Source: a virus. Taken from it: a DNA stretch of 64,000 bases. Location of the stretch: positions 32,001 through 96,000 of the IMG/VR virus record IMGVR_UViG_3300045012_000181; one strand, written 5' to 3'. This document shows positions 25,294 to 34,950 of the stretch, one piece after another (position 1 is the stretch's first letter; the number at the start of each line of letters is the position of its first letter). The notes beneath the pieces are model-generated. The model saw only the letters and a list, made by a program, of their open reading frames with translations. It did not search any database and was not told the origin of the DNA. A program made the translations under genes and the position numbers.

Positions 25294-26736
25294 TTGTCAC
25301 ACGAAATCACGATTCAATGGGACCCCTCCCCGGGAACCATCTCCGGATATAACGTTTATCGCGGAACCGTAAGTGGAAATGAAAGTAAGATTCCTCTTAA
25401 TGGTGGAACCCTTGTACCGCCAAGCCCTGCTCCGACTTTTGTAGATGTTACAGTTGCAGCGGGCGTCGTATACTATTACGAAATAACCGCAGTTCTTAAT
25501 GGCGTAGAAAGTCTGGATTCGGTGCAGGTAAAGTCTGTGCCCGTCCCGTTTTCTCCCTCCCCTAAGGCCATCACCTTGGGTATCGCTAGTAGCTTTGGCG
25601 TCTTGGCTGGCTCCACAGTCACCAATACTGGTCCTACTAGCGTCATTGGAGATGTGGGCGTCAGTCCTGGAACGAGTATTACAGGCTTCGGTGCACCGGC
25701 CTCTATTACTGGCGTTTTTCATGCCGGCGATTTTGTGGCTGCTGCTGCACAACAGGATCTTACAACGGCCTATAACGCCGCCGCTAGTGCTTTAAATCCC
25801 TCTGGCCTGTTTCCGGGAGTAACCACAAATTACGGGGTTACCTCGGTGGCCACAAGTACTGCGGGCGGAACGGCCCTCTATACAGGGACATTTCCTACTG
25901 GGGGCCTAAACGGCCAAAGCATCACTTTTTCAGGTTTTACGAATGCCTCTAATAATGGCACCTTCTTGGTTTCAGCCAGCACCATCACAACGGTCACGGT
26001 CAATAATAGTTTGGCTACTGCCGAGACCGCTACAGTCGTAGGCGCAGTTACTTCGGGTGGTGGCACAACGGCCGTTACATTGCCCGCGGATATCGGAGGT
26101 ATGACTCTAACGCCCGGTGTCTACAATGTGGCCTCAAGTCTGGCAATCACGGGAAATGCTATCTTGGATGCTCAAGGCAATCAGGATGCTGTTTTCATCT
26201 TTCAGATTGGTTCCACTTTAACAACGGCTGCTGGTAATAGCGGCGTCAGCTTGGCCGGTGGAGCTAGTGCCTCTAACATCTACTGGCAAGTCGGTTCAAG
26301 TGCCACACTGGGTGTGAATACGTCCTTCTCGGGTATCATTATGGCACAGGCCTCGATCACGGCCGGTCATGGTGCAACCATCAATGGCCAGTTACTGGCC
26401 CGAGTGGGTGCCGTCACACTGGACAGCAACGATGTTAGTTTGTTTATTCCAGGTGTCCTCAGGCTCTATGCCAGTAACACCCGATATGATGTTGGTAACA
26501 TCATCTTCGATTGTCCCACACATACCTTCCAAGAAGCCATCATAGGCGGCGTCACGTGTCCATCTTCACCAAGCTTTAATCCCACCATCGGTGGAACAAC
26601 GGCCGATTGCGGAGTGACTTGGTTGACACTGAATCCGCCAGTCGGGACACTCCTTCCACTTCCGCCTTCTCCGCCTAACGTCCCGCCCGTACCACCGGCG
26701 GCTCCTCTCAATCCTCGGATCACTTCCGAGGCCTGA
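25294..26736 (+). CDS. FN3 + DUF3494 (ice-binding-like beta-solenoid) protein with an inserted domain
   Basis: SFGVLAGSTVTNTG.T...GDVGVSPGTSITGF; AQQDLTTAYN; LTPGVY; LDAQGN..AVFIFQIGSTLTTA; NIYWQVGSSATLG; G.LLA..GAVTLDSN. N-terminal FN3 ITIQWDPS...GYNVYRG...YYY.ITAV. Confidence 0.88.
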   Translation: MSHEITIQWDPSPGTISGYNVYRGTVSGNESKIPLNGGTLVPPSPAPTFVDVTVAAGVVYYYEITAVLNGVESLDSVQVKSVPVPFSPSPKAITLGIASSFGVLAGSTVTNTGPTSVIGDVGVSPGTSITGFGAPASITGVFHAGDFVAAAAQQDLTTAYNAAASALNPSGLFPGVTTNYGVTSVATSTAGGTALYTGTFPTGGLNGQSITFSGFTNASNNGTFLVSASTITTVTVNNSLATAETATVVGAVTSGGGTTAVTLPADIGGMTLTPGVYNVASSLAITGNAILDAQGNQDAVFIFQIGSTLTTAAGNSGVSLAGGASASNIYWQVGSSATLGVNTSFSGIIMAQASITAGHGATINGQLLARVGAVTLDSNDVSLFIPGVLRLYASNTRYDVGNIIFDCPTHTFQEAIIGGVTCPSSPSFNPTIGGTTADCGVTWLTLNPPVGTLLPLPPSPPNVPPVPPAAPLNPRITSEA

Positions 26737-26905
26737 ATACCCGACGCTCTCGGTAGCGCCAAAAGCGCGACCGGCGTTCTCATAAGTAATCCCTAGAATA
26801 TAGAGGCTTAACAGTATGAGGGCTCTGGAGCACTTCTGGTGCAGGTGGCGGCGTCTTAAACGGCACCGCCACCGGCATCACAGACGTTCGGCAAAAGGAG
26901 AATTA

Positions 26906-27202
26906 ATGCCAGCAACAATTCAAGTAGGTGGTCATGGTGCAACCTTCGTGTTCACGGAGTTCACTGGACCCAATGGCACGGGTTCCATAATTAATCCCGT
27001 TGGCGTAGTGGCCTACACTAGTTCAAATACCGGGGTAGGTACGGTAGATACTTCAGGCAATGTAAGTGCAGTGGCTCCTGGTACTTGTAATATCGTAGGA
27101 ACGGATCCGGGAAATGGCCTCACGGCCTCGGATGTTTTGACGGTTACGGCTTCGAGCATCGTGGCTCAAAGTGCTACTGGTGTCCTGACGGCTAATGCCT
27201 AG
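26906..27202 (+). CDS. Ig-like (Big_2) domain protein
   Basis: AAGGAG RBS; VAYTSSNTGVGTVDTSGNVSAVAPGTCNI. Confidence 0.75.
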   Translation: MPATIQVGGHGATFVFTEFTGPNGTGSIINPVGVVAYTSSNTGVGTVDTSGNVSAVAPGTCNIVGTDPGNGLTASDVLTVTASSIVAQSATGVLTANA

Positions 27203-27276
27203 TTTTTAGTCATAGAACGCAAAAGGTGGGGGCCTCTAAACAGGCTCCCCTCTTAATGAAGCTAAGTGGAGGAAAG

Positions 27277-27462
27277 ATGTTCGAATTCGCAATTTTGTTT
27301 AGTCTCAAAAGCTACGCCATCGTCATCGCAGCCAGTGCTGTGGGTGGGGGCGTGTTGGGTTTTCTATTCGGGAATAAGGTGGAAGCAAAGGCCCAGGCTG
27401 AAGTTGCCAAGGCATCATCTGCTGTTAGTGGTATCACCGCAAGCGTTGCAAAAAAGCTGTGA
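27277..27462 (+). CDS. Small membrane protein
   Basis: GGAGG RBS; a TM helix, then an amphipathic Ala/Lys tail. Confidence 0.6.
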   Translation: MFEFAILFSLKSYAIVIAASAVGGGVLGFLFGNKVEAKAQAEVAKASSAVSGITASVAKKL

Positions 27463-27764
27463 AAGTCTCAAACCAAAAGGCACTGGAACTACTGGAGAGC
27501 CTCCCGATGGACAAGGTTTCTAATGAGGCCAACTTCCTTGCGCCCCTGCACATCCGGGGGCGCTCAGTTAGCACGGAATACACCGATCCTGGCAACGTCA
27601 AACTTGAGCAGGCCAAGCGCCGGATTGCTGATGCCCTGGGCGCCGTCGGTCCCACGGACAACAACAATGTCTGGTACGAGGTTCAGTATGATAACAATAC
27701 GGGCGTGCACAAAATCAAGGGCACCCTCTTAAACGATAGCGTGCCCATCAAAGTGGTGAGTTAG
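27459..27764 (+). CDS. Hypothetical protein
   Basis: GTGA coupling. Confidence 0.6.
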   Translation: MKVSNQKALELLESLPMDKVSNEANFLAPLHIRGRSVSTEYTDPGNVKLEQAKRRIADALGAVGPTDNNNVWYEVQYDNNTGVHKIKGTLLNDSVPIKVVS

Positions 27765-27788
27765 TGGAAAGTCCCGGGGGGATGCACG

Positions 27789-28052
27789 ATGGCGGAGTCG
27801 GAATTGAACCCTGGCAAATCCCCAAGTTCGGCGGTTCAGTCGGGGGCTCGGGCCGAGGAATTGGCCAAGGCGCTGGAGGTACTACTGCCGGTACTACCCA
27901 GGGAATTGGCTCTACAGGTGTTGGCGGAGTTTTCGCTACTGGAGATTGGCCCGGAGAAATGGCGCCTATGTGGCACCGGGGTCTCTACGGTGGATTTGGT
28001 GACAGAACAGGAAGCGCAACCTAATGGACCCCACAAACAATCCCAGTCTTAG
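27789..28052 (+). CDS. Hypothetical protein
   Basis: Co-oriented ORF. Confidence 0.45.
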   Translation: MAESELNPGKSPSSAVQSGARAEELAKALEVLLPVLPRELALQVLAEFSLLEIGPEKWRLCGTGVSTVDLVTEQEAQPNGPHKQSQS

Positions 28053-28333
28053 TATCCGACCCACGCGTTCGGAGATTCGCAAGAGCCAACTGGAAGACCT
28101 AAAGAAGCCCGGCTGGGTTGTAATCCTGCACACCGGTGAAATTATAACAAAGCCCGTAGACCCACAAGTGGAAGAGCCCTCTAAGTGAAAACCATCGTGG
28201 CCTTGCAAATTGGGGGCTTTGTGGCCAGTCTGGCTTGTTTGGCCATTCCGCACATACCGCACTGGGCCTTCATAGCGTGCTTTGGTATTCACGTCTTGGG
28301 TGATGTATTGTTTATTCGCAGAGAGGGCCTCCT

Positions 28334-28501
28334 ATGAGTTTGCTTAGTGCATTCGAACAGAACGTCAAGCTAGCGCCCTGGTTGCAGTTCGTGGGCTACA
28401 TGCTGGCCTTTGGCGGGTTGGTTACTCGACATCCCATACTGGCCTATGTGGGCCTAGGCGTGAGCATGGCCGGTTGGTTGTACAAGAAAATCTATCCATG
28501 A
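28334..28501 (+). CDS. 55-aa two-TM protein missed by the ORF track
   Basis: Own translation MSLLSAFEQNVKLAPWLQFVGYMLAFGGLVTRHPILAYVGLGVSMAGWLYKKIYP. Confidence 0.55.
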   Translation: MSLLSAFEQNVKLAPWLQFVGYMLAFGGLVTRHPILAYVGLGVSMAGWLYKKIYP

Positions 28502-28689
28502 GCGTCGAAATCAGTTTGGAAAATCGTATCGACCCCTTCGCCCCGAAATTTGAGGCCTGTAGCAAATGTGGCGGGAGATTGGCCCTTCGAGTAGAGAATA
28601 TGAGCAACGGCTCCCAGCACACAAGTCAAGTGTGCCGTAAGTGTGGCCATAAGGTTCTGACAGCGCGTGTAAACGTGATAAGGATTTGA
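28474..28689 (+). CDS. Small Zn-ribbon protein
   Basis: CSKCGG...CRKCG. Confidence 0.55.
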   Translation: MVVQENLSMSVEISLENRIDPFAPKFEACSKCGGRLALRVENMSNGSQHTSQVCRKCGHKVLTARVNVIRI

Positions 28690-28690
28690 G

Positions 28691-28891
28691 ATGCGTGCCT
28701 CTAAAATTCCTGTTGTAAAGGTCTCCCGGGGTGGTGCCGTAGGAACGCCCGAGGACTTTGAAGCCCGGTATGACAAGCTCCGAAAGAAGGGCTCTGGACA
28801 AGTCAATCGGCCGGCGCCGCAGCCCAAACTCAAGCCCTTGGAGAATCCCTCTATGGGAGATCGGATGGCCGACTTTGGCATCGAGGAATAA
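28691..28891 (+). CDS. Hypothetical protein
   Basis: Starts 1 nt after the previous stop. Confidence 0.55.
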   Translation: MRASKIPVVKVSRGGAVGTPEDFEARYDKLRKKGSGQVNRPAPQPKLKPLENPSMGDRMADFGIEE

Positions 28892-29115
28892 CAGATTCAA
28901 GAAGGCCCAGGAGCAGGCCTATGGCAGTGCGCAGGTCAATGAGCAGGGTGGTCCGGAGAACCCCTCTCAGATTCCCGTAGAGGAACTGCACAGCCGTTAT
29001 AGGGGCTTCAATGGCCGGGTCTCCACGGATGCCGCTTTCCATGGCGTGCGACGTAAAAACAATAGTCAGAATCCCAGCGTGGCCAAGTCCGAGACCCCTG
29101 AGACCGAGATGAAAA

Positions 29116-29352
29116 ATGGCGAACGGTAAGAACAATCCCAACAACCCGGCCGTGGCCAAACAACAACCCGCCCCAGCGGACCAACCTTGGAACCGTAGCA
29201 CCATGGAAATTGAGCCCTCGCCCGAAATGGATTCCCAGATCACACCGCAGGGCCGCTACAATGATAGGATTAAAATTTCGCCCATGAACGAACAGGGCGC
29301 CGCCACTAAGAGGGCTGTTAGGGGCTGGCCCGTGGGCCAGAAGAAGGCCTAA
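29116..29352 (+). CDS. Hypothetical protein
   Basis: Low-complexity N/P-rich ORF in the operon. Confidence 0.55.
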   Translation: MANGKNNPNNPAVAKQQPAPADQPWNRSTMEIEPSPEMDSQITPQGRYNDRIKISPMNEQGAATKRAVRGWPVGQKKA

Positions 29353-29365
29353 TGGAGGGTGTGTT

Positions 29366-29557
29366 ATGAAAGATTTTACAGCGTTGGAACTCACAGAGAT
29401 ATACACAAAAATTATCGACAGTTCCAGGTTCGCCATGCGTGAAACCACTATCGCGGCTGTATTGGAAGAGCTTTCCAACCGGGGCACCACCCCTGAAGAG
29501 CTTAGTGGACTGGACCGGGCCATTCGCGCCCGAGTACCTCTAGATGCCCGCGCATAA
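29366..29557 (+). CDS. Hypothetical protein
   Basis: GGAGG RBS. Confidence 0.6.
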   Translation: MKDFTALELTEIYTKIIDSSRFAMRETTIAAVLEELSNRGTTPEELSGLDRAIRARVPLDARA

Positions 29558-29786
29558 GCTTCCAGTTTATCCCAAGGACCATGCAGTCGGGAGCGTCGTG
29601 GCCGAAGGCGGTTCGATGTGCGCCAACTGCGAATACCTACGGGCCAATAATGTCTGCGCCCAGAAACTCTTTGTGCAGTGGAACGGCTCTTCCAAGATTC
29701 CAGCGCCCATCAAAAATTACTGCTGTGACTTTTGGGAAGTCAACCCACGAGTGTTGGATGTCAAGCTTGAGGATGTAGGCCTATGA
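29544..29786 (+). CDS. Cys-rich small protein
   Basis: CANCEY...C....CCDFW. Confidence 0.6.
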   Translation: MPAHKLPVYPKDHAVGSVVAEGGSMCANCEYLRANNVCAQKLFVQWNGSSKIPAPIKNYCCDFWEVNPRVLDVKLEDVGL

Positions 29787-29945
29787 AGAAACTCCGGCCC
29801 CTGAATTTGCAGGAATGGCACGACAAAATCACAAAAGTTTTGGCCCAAAAAGCCAAGCGCCGGCTCTTAAGCCGGACCCCGAAGTAACACTGTGGACGAA
29901 GTCCACTTACTCAATAATCGAATAATCGTTATCGAAAGGAATTTA

Positions 29946-30236
29946 ATGTCCCATCAAGTAAATCTAGCTTGGACAGCCAGTACAGACCCCGTCACAGGCT
30001 ATAACGTTCTTCGAGGCACCACGGCTACCGGTCCATTTACCGTCGTGAATAGCACGCCCTTGGCCTCCACTGCAACGACCTACACCGACGTGGGGCCCTT
30101 TCCTAACTTGGGGCCTTTCTTCTATACGGCTCAGTCCCTGAATGGCTCTGAGACTTCGGTCGATAGCAACGTTACCGCTGCGGTGTTTCTTCCCCCCTTG
30201 CCACCGACGAATTTGCAAGTGGCTTCCGTTTCTTAA
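29946..30236 (+). CDS. FN3-domain protein
   Basis: AAGGA RBS; VNLAWTAS...GYNVLRG...GPF......Y.D......Y.AQ.....S..SN; C-terminal LPPTNLQV. Confidence 0.75.
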   Translation: MSHQVNLAWTASTDPVTGYNVLRGTTATGPFTVVNSTPLASTATTYTDVGPFPNLGPFFYTAQSLNGSETSVDSNVTAAVFLPPLPPTNLQVASVS

Positions 30237-30320
30237 TAGCATGCTCAGTAGCTGGTGTTATTGTAGGTAAATCGGGAGGGCCTCTAAATGGGGCCCTTCT
30301 CATCTAAAGCGTGAGGGCTT

Positions 30321-30515
30321 ATGTCAAGAGAAGTTTATGATAATCCGTGTGATGCCGGAATGCATCGCTACTTTGTTATTACGGATGGCACAGTTGAGGG
30401 TCTGGAGACCATTAAGGTTTATTCCGTTATCGCCTGTACTGTATGTGCTGATAGCAGGCTTTTGGAGCACATCATGGTCAAGGATGCGGACAAGTTAACA
30501 CAAAAAGGAAAATAA
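30321..30515 (+). CDS. Hypothetical protein
   Basis: GAGGG RBS; CxxC. Confidence 0.55.
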   Translation: MSREVYDNPCDAGMHRYFVITDGTVEGLETIKVYSVIACTVCADSRLLEHIMVKDADKLTQKGK

Positions 30516-30521
30516 AACTCC

Positions 30522-31190
30522 ATGAGTTCTCGTCAATCCACAGTTGCCACCAGCGTCAGCCAGAATGCCCTGCAGTATCAGGCGCCTAATGGCTTCGCCG
30601 TTGTTCAAAATGATATCGCTCTGTCTAACCAATCCGGAAATCCGGCTCTTAAAGGCATCGTTAGCGGTTTGGGTACTACGGCGGCCGCCACACAAACCCT
30701 ACCCATCCTTACTTCTTCGGGTGCCAATCATGGCCTCACTAGTTCGGGCACCACGGCCACTTGTACCTTGGGCTCGCCGCATGGCTATGCCATAGGCGCC
30801 GGCAGCATCACGGCTACTGTAAGTGCCAGCAATGCGGCCTATAACGTAACGGGTGCCACCGTGGCCTTCATAAGCCCTTATGCCTTCACCTATACGACTT
30901 CCGGTTCAAATTTGGCCGTCTCGGATGGCGGCACGGTTGTCATCACCACCCCGGCTTGGAGCACCACGCAGAGCGCCAATCAGGGCTTTAGCCCCCTGCC
31001 CGCCGGTACGGCCGTGGGAACCACGGGCCAGCCCTTCTATGGGGGCATCACGGGTACGACCTTTAATAGTGCCACCACGGGCACGATTGAAACTTGGGGC
31101 GATGGTACCTTCTGGGATCTGACCAACAACCGAGCCGTCAGTGTAAATGCCCTGGGTTTTGATCCGGCCTTCCAAGGGCACTCGGCCTAG
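30522..31190 (+). CDS. Putative virion protein, W-x-D-G family member 1
   Basis: S/T/G-rich; C-terminal TIETWGDGTFWDLTNNR...FDP. Confidence 0.75.
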   Translation: MSSRQSTVATSVSQNALQYQAPNGFAVVQNDIALSNQSGNPALKGIVSGLGTTAAATQTLPILTSSGANHGLTSSGTTATCTLGSPHGYAIGAGSITATVSASNAAYNVTGATVAFISPYAFTYTTSGSNLAVSDGGTVVITTPAWSTTQSANQGFSPLPAGTAVGTTGQPFYGGITGTTFNSATTGTIETWGDGTFWDLTNNRAVSVNALGFDPAFQGHSA

Positions 31191-31220
31191 TTCTAAGTCC
31201 AATAAAAAGGAAAATCAAAT

Positions 31221-31508
31221 ATGGCTTCGCGTCTTACAGCAGTTTCAACAAGTGTTAGTCAGAACGGCAACCAGTATGGTGCCGGTCAGGCCGGGGCTTC
31301 TCAGGTGGATATTTTCCTGAGCCCCGTGCCGGCGCTCAATTTGGGTTCGGCCCTTTCAAACGCCATCCTCGGAACAACCATTCGTGGTAATCTTGTCAGT
31401 ACCATCGAGTGCTGGTCTGATGGCGTTGTCTGGGACGTTACAAACACCCGTGCGCTTATTCCCAATTTGGATTACGATCCCAGTTTGCGGATGCGTTCCG
31501 GACTTTAA
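31221..31508 (+). CDS. Putative virion protein, W-x-D-G family member 2
   Basis: N-terminus paralogous to 30522; TIECWSDGVVWDVTNTR...YDP. Confidence 0.75.
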   Translation: MASRLTAVSTSVSQNGNQYGAGQAGASQVDIFLSPVPALNLGSALSNAILGTTIRGNLVSTIECWSDGVVWDVTNTRALIPNLDYDPSLRMRSGL

Positions 31509-31534
31509 AAATCTAACAATCCTGTGAGGGGAAT

Positions 31535-32272
31535 ATGTCAGAAGAAAGTAAAGCACCAGAATTTATCGGTGAAAGCCTTGAAAGTCTTTCTCCAGTAAAG
31601 AATAAAGTTGGTCTAATACTGGGTTTGCCTTTGGGTCGACAGGTGGTTCGTAGGGAATGGGCGCATGCCATGATGACAATTGGCTGGCCGCTTAACATAA
31701 CCATAATGCATAGCGTGGTTACGGATATGGCCATCTCGGATGCCCGGAACCTAATCTGTAAACAGGCACAAGAGGTTGGCGCCAAGTTTATTTGGTTCGT
31801 TGATGATGATACCGTTGTGCCCTCGGCCAGCATTCGAATGCTCATGTATCAGTTGGAACAGCATCCTGATGTATTGGCCATTGGCGGTATTTATTGTTGC
31901 AAGACCGAACCCACCCAGCCCATGGTCTTTGCGGACTTCGGTGCGGGTTCATACTGGGATTGGACCCTGGGCGAGACCTTCGAGTGCGCGGCCGTTGGAA
32001 CGGGCTGCATGTTAATTCGTACGGAACATCTAGAAAAACTACCCCAGCCTTGGTTTAAAACCATCGATGTGGTAGTGCACGGTGACCACCCCGACAGGGC
32101 CATTCAATGCACGGATGATGTGTATTTCTGTAAGCTGGCCAAACAGGCCGGCCTTAAAATTTTAGCACATGGCGGGGTTCTGTGCCATCACTGGGATATG
32201 GAGACCGGCAAGGTCTACAAACTTCCCGAGGATAGCCTGCCCTACCTAAATAAACAAAAAAAGGAAAAATAA
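31535..32272 (+). CDS. Glycosyltransferase family 2-like protein
   Basis: ARNLIC..A......IWFVDDD (DxD), GGIY, AVGTGCMLI, TDDVYFC..A..AG.KI.AHGGVLCHH. Confidence 0.85.
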   Translation: MSEESKAPEFIGESLESLSPVKNKVGLILGLPLGRQVVRREWAHAMMTIGWPLNITIMHSVVTDMAISDARNLICKQAQEVGAKFIWFVDDDTVVPSASIRMLMYQLEQHPDVLAIGGIYCCKTEPTQPMVFADFGAGSYWDWTLGETFECAAVGTGCMLIRTEHLEKLPQPWFKTIDVVVHGDHPDRAIQCTDDVYFCKLAKQAGLKILAHGGVLCHHWDMETGKVYKLPEDSLPYLNKQKKEK

Positions 32273-32275
32273 AGT

Positions 32276-32662
32276 ATGGCTATTACAGGACAGACTCTTA
32301 CTATTCAGCCTGCTGGCGCGCCCTCATTGACGCCTGCTGGACAGATTGTTTACGGGCCCGGTGACGTACAGGAACCGGCTTTTGTAGCAACTTTTACTTT
32401 TATTGGAGATGGTACTATCACCACCGTGCCAGTCAACTGGATTGACGGCACGCAAACCCTGCCCTTTACCCCAAAGGCCGTTTTGGCCTTCGCAATTCCG
32501 GTACTTTCAGGAAGCGCATCCACCACAGGCGTGTTGCAGGCTGAAGGTTCTTATGCGGCTCCTCGTGTAACCGCCATTTCTAATACCAGTGCCAGCATCG
32601 TATATTCTACGGTTGTGGCCAACAACTCTTCGGCGAGCGTTCTTCTCGTAGTGTATCGTTAA
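32276..32662 (+). CDS. Hypothetical beta-rich protein
   Basis: AAGGA RBS; T/V-rich. Confidence 0.7.
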   Translation: MAITGQTLTIQPAGAPSLTPAGQIVYGPGDVQEPAFVATFTFIGDGTITTVPVNWIDGTQTLPFTPKAVLAFAIPVLSGSASTTGVLQAEGSYAAPRVTAISNTSASIVYSTVVANNSSASVLLVVYR

Positions 32663-32686
32663 AGTCTAGGCTAAAGGAGAAAAAAC

Positions 32687-33073
32687 TTGAGCCAAAACTT
32701 TAAAGATGCGCAGCTTACTTATTTCAACCAAGATCTCCAGCTGCCTAGCAAGGTATATGGAATCTTTCTCACTACGGCCTCGTTGACCTACACCTCGATT
32801 GCCACGGGCGCCACTCAGACCCAAACAACGTCCCTCAGGGGTGTTCGAGCCGTTAGCGGTAGCGGTACACCGCCCAACATCGAACCCGGCGACTTTGTGA
32901 TTGCCGTCCCAACAAGCACCTTGGGCACGGGTATCGCACAGGCCGGCTCCTATATCAGTGCGGCCAATACGCTCACTGTGGCCTTAACCGCGGCCGCTAC
33001 GGCCACGCCTGGCGCCATCACCTTCCAGATTTTCATCGTGAAGATGGGCCAGAACGACGCCATCAACAGTTAA
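32687..33073 (+). CDS. Hypothetical beta-rich protein
   Basis: AAGGAG RBS, TTG start; PGD.VIA......Y.SAANT.TV. Confidence 0.7.
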   Translation: MSQNFKDAQLTYFNQDLQLPSKVYGIFLTTASLTYTSIATGATQTQTTSLRGVRAVSGSGTPPNIEPGDFVIAVPTSTLGTGIAQAGSYISAANTLTVALTAAATATPGAITFQIFIVKMGQNDAINS

Positions 33074-33074
33074 C

Positions 33075-33347
33075 ATGGGCAGCCGACAAAATCAGGACCC
33101 AAAAACCAAAGGCACACAGTTCGCTGCGCCTTTGGATAATACTGGAGCCATGATTCAGCAAAATGTCTACTGCAATACCGTGGGGGCCGTTAATAGCGGC
33201 CTCCGCGCTTTGCAAGGCACCACCATCAAGGGCCTTGTTGTCGGTCCCATCGAGAAGTGGGCCGACGGTGCAATCTTCGACACTGCAAACAATCGCTATC
33301 TATATGCCGGAAGTGATTTCGACCCGGCTATTCTAAACAGGGCCTAA
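33075..33347 (+). CDS. W-x-D-G family member 3
   Basis: PIEKWADGAIFDTANNRYLY....FDP. Confidence 0.7.
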   Translation: MGSRQNQDPKTKGTQFAAPLDNTGAMIQQNVYCNTVGAVNSGLRALQGTTIKGLVVGPIEKWADGAIFDTANNRYLYAGSDFDPAILNRA

Positions 33348-33349
33348 CT

Positions 33350-33553
33350 ATGTCAAACCGCACAACGCCCACAGATGTCAATTTGACTTTCTATGCCACC
33401 AGTACATTGCCCGCAGTGGCACCCGGAACCTTCTTGGTGGGAACTTCAGGACAATACCAGGTTTGGTCCGATAGAGCCGTCTGGGACACCACCAACAACG
33501 TTTATCTTTATCCCGGGGTGAATTTCAGCCCCTATGCGCTTTTTGGAGATTAG
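33350..33553 (+). CDS. W-x-D family member 4
   Basis: YQVWSDRAVWDTTNNVYLY...NFSP. Confidence 0.65.
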   Translation: MSNRTTPTDVNLTFYATSTLPAVAPGTFLVGTSGQYQVWSDRAVWDTTNNVYLYPGVNFSPYALFGD

Positions 33554-33561
33554 CAACGACC

Positions 33562-33771
33562 ATGGCACAAGAAATCATAGGTAAACCTACTTCCGGTACG
33601 CAAACCAACGATAACAACAAGGCTGTGCCTAAACCCTCAGCTGCGGACTCGGACAAAAATCAAGCCCTTCCAAAAACTGATATGCAAAACGCCTTCCCTA
33701 AGGGGCCTTTTGGTATTAATAGGCCTGACAAGTCTGGAATAGGGCGCAGTATTTTCGACAAGGAAAGTTAA
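33562..33771 (+). CDS. Hypothetical protein
   Basis: Operon position. Confidence 0.55.
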   Translation: MAQEIIGKPTSGTQTNDNNKAVPKPSAADSDKNQALPKTDMQNAFPKGPFGINRPDKSGIGRSIFDKES

Positions 33772-33773
33772 AC

Positions 33774-34508
33774 ATGCCCAAAGAACTTGAAGACAAACTA
33801 AAAAAACAAGCGGGCAAGCACGGCAATTGGACCGATGAGCACAAGGACGCATATGTATACGGCGCCATGCGCAAGACCGGTTGGAAACCCAAACGGGAAC
33901 AGCACGGCTCACTGAACGATATCGTCTTTCATGAAGAGGCCGACGCCAAAATGGGCGATAGGCTCTGTGATGCCTACACACATCCTGTACACAAGGGCTA
34001 TGAGGCCTTCACGCCCGGGGAACTAGACCCCCCGGCTATGGACGAGACCGGGGTCTTTACCAAGGGCTCCCAGAGTTGCAACCGAGATGCCGGACAGGGC
34101 GTACACTTTGGCGCACCAATTGATTTCTTCGGCCCCGATACGGATTACCGGGCCGAAGAAATCGACCCCTCGCAATATGGGCGTTCCTATGAACCCACGC
34201 CTTTTCGCGACTACTTTAAAACAGACGATAAGATGGCCGAACGTTCCTATAGACTTAGGGAACAAGATAAGTATGATACCTCTCCCACACCGGGTGTGGT
34301 AACGGATAAACAACCAATGTCTGAGGCCTATGGTGCAGTCAATTATCAGGGCGCAGGTCCAGATGGTTGCGACGGGCACAAAGCCGGCGATTGTGACTAT
34401 CGCAGTTTTGACAACCAGATAAAATACCTTCGTGCAAACAAGGATGCTCCGGAGTATGACGCCGCCACTTCTGGACTGGACACCAAAATGGGCGAAGATA
34501 TTGAGTAA
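33774..34508 (+). CDS. Hypothetical phage protein
   Basis: N-terminal MPK.LE.KLK..A......AYVYG.MRKTGWKP, a motif type I recall from phage proteins; D/Y-rich remainder. Confidence 0.75.
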   Translation: MPKELEDKLKKQAGKHGNWTDEHKDAYVYGAMRKTGWKPKREQHGSLNDIVFHEEADAKMGDRLCDAYTHPVHKGYEAFTPGELDPPAMDETGVFTKGSQSCNRDAGQGVHFGAPIDFFGPDTDYRAEEIDPSQYGRSYEPTPFRDYFKTDDKMAERSYRLREQDKYDTSPTPGVVTDKQPMSEAYGAVNYQGAGPDGCDGHKAGDCDYRSFDNQIKYLRANKDAPEYDAATSGLDTKMGEDIE

Positions 34509-34674
34509 AAGTTCCCCTTAACGGGGTTCCCTCTAATGAGGGTATATAGAGGGCAATTTTCCGTCCGGCCAAGCCAAGACCCCCTCACCTTGGCGCCACT
34601 GAAGTGGTCAAACCGGCGGATATCCGGGCGCGGCACTCGGGGTACAAAAATGCCGCAAATTTTCGAGGTTAAAA

Positions 34675-34950
34675 ATGACCGCTAGTCTATCAGCACCCTA
34701 TGCCTTGGTTGGAGAGAAGACGCCCAGCCAGCCGGCCCACCAAAAGAGTCTCCCACCTGGTCCACCGCATGCCTCTATACAGGTCCCTGTTGCTATAGAA
34801 ACCAAGCCTGTGACCAAGGCTTCTGTATCCGTCGTAAAGGCCAAGCCCTTAGCTAGTGCGCCTTTGGTGGTGACCAATGTTCCGGCCCTTCCGGCTGAAC
34901 CCGTGGTAATCAAGAGTAATCTGCCCGATGTTCCGACAGCGGGCAACTGA
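34675..34950 (+). CDS. Pro/Val-rich hypothetical protein
   Basis: Coupled to the downstream gene. Confidence 0.5.
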   Translation: MTASLSAPYALVGEKTPSQPAHQKSLPPGPPHASIQVPVAIETKPVTKASVSVVKAKPLASAPLVVTNVPALPAEPVVIKSNLPDVPTAGN

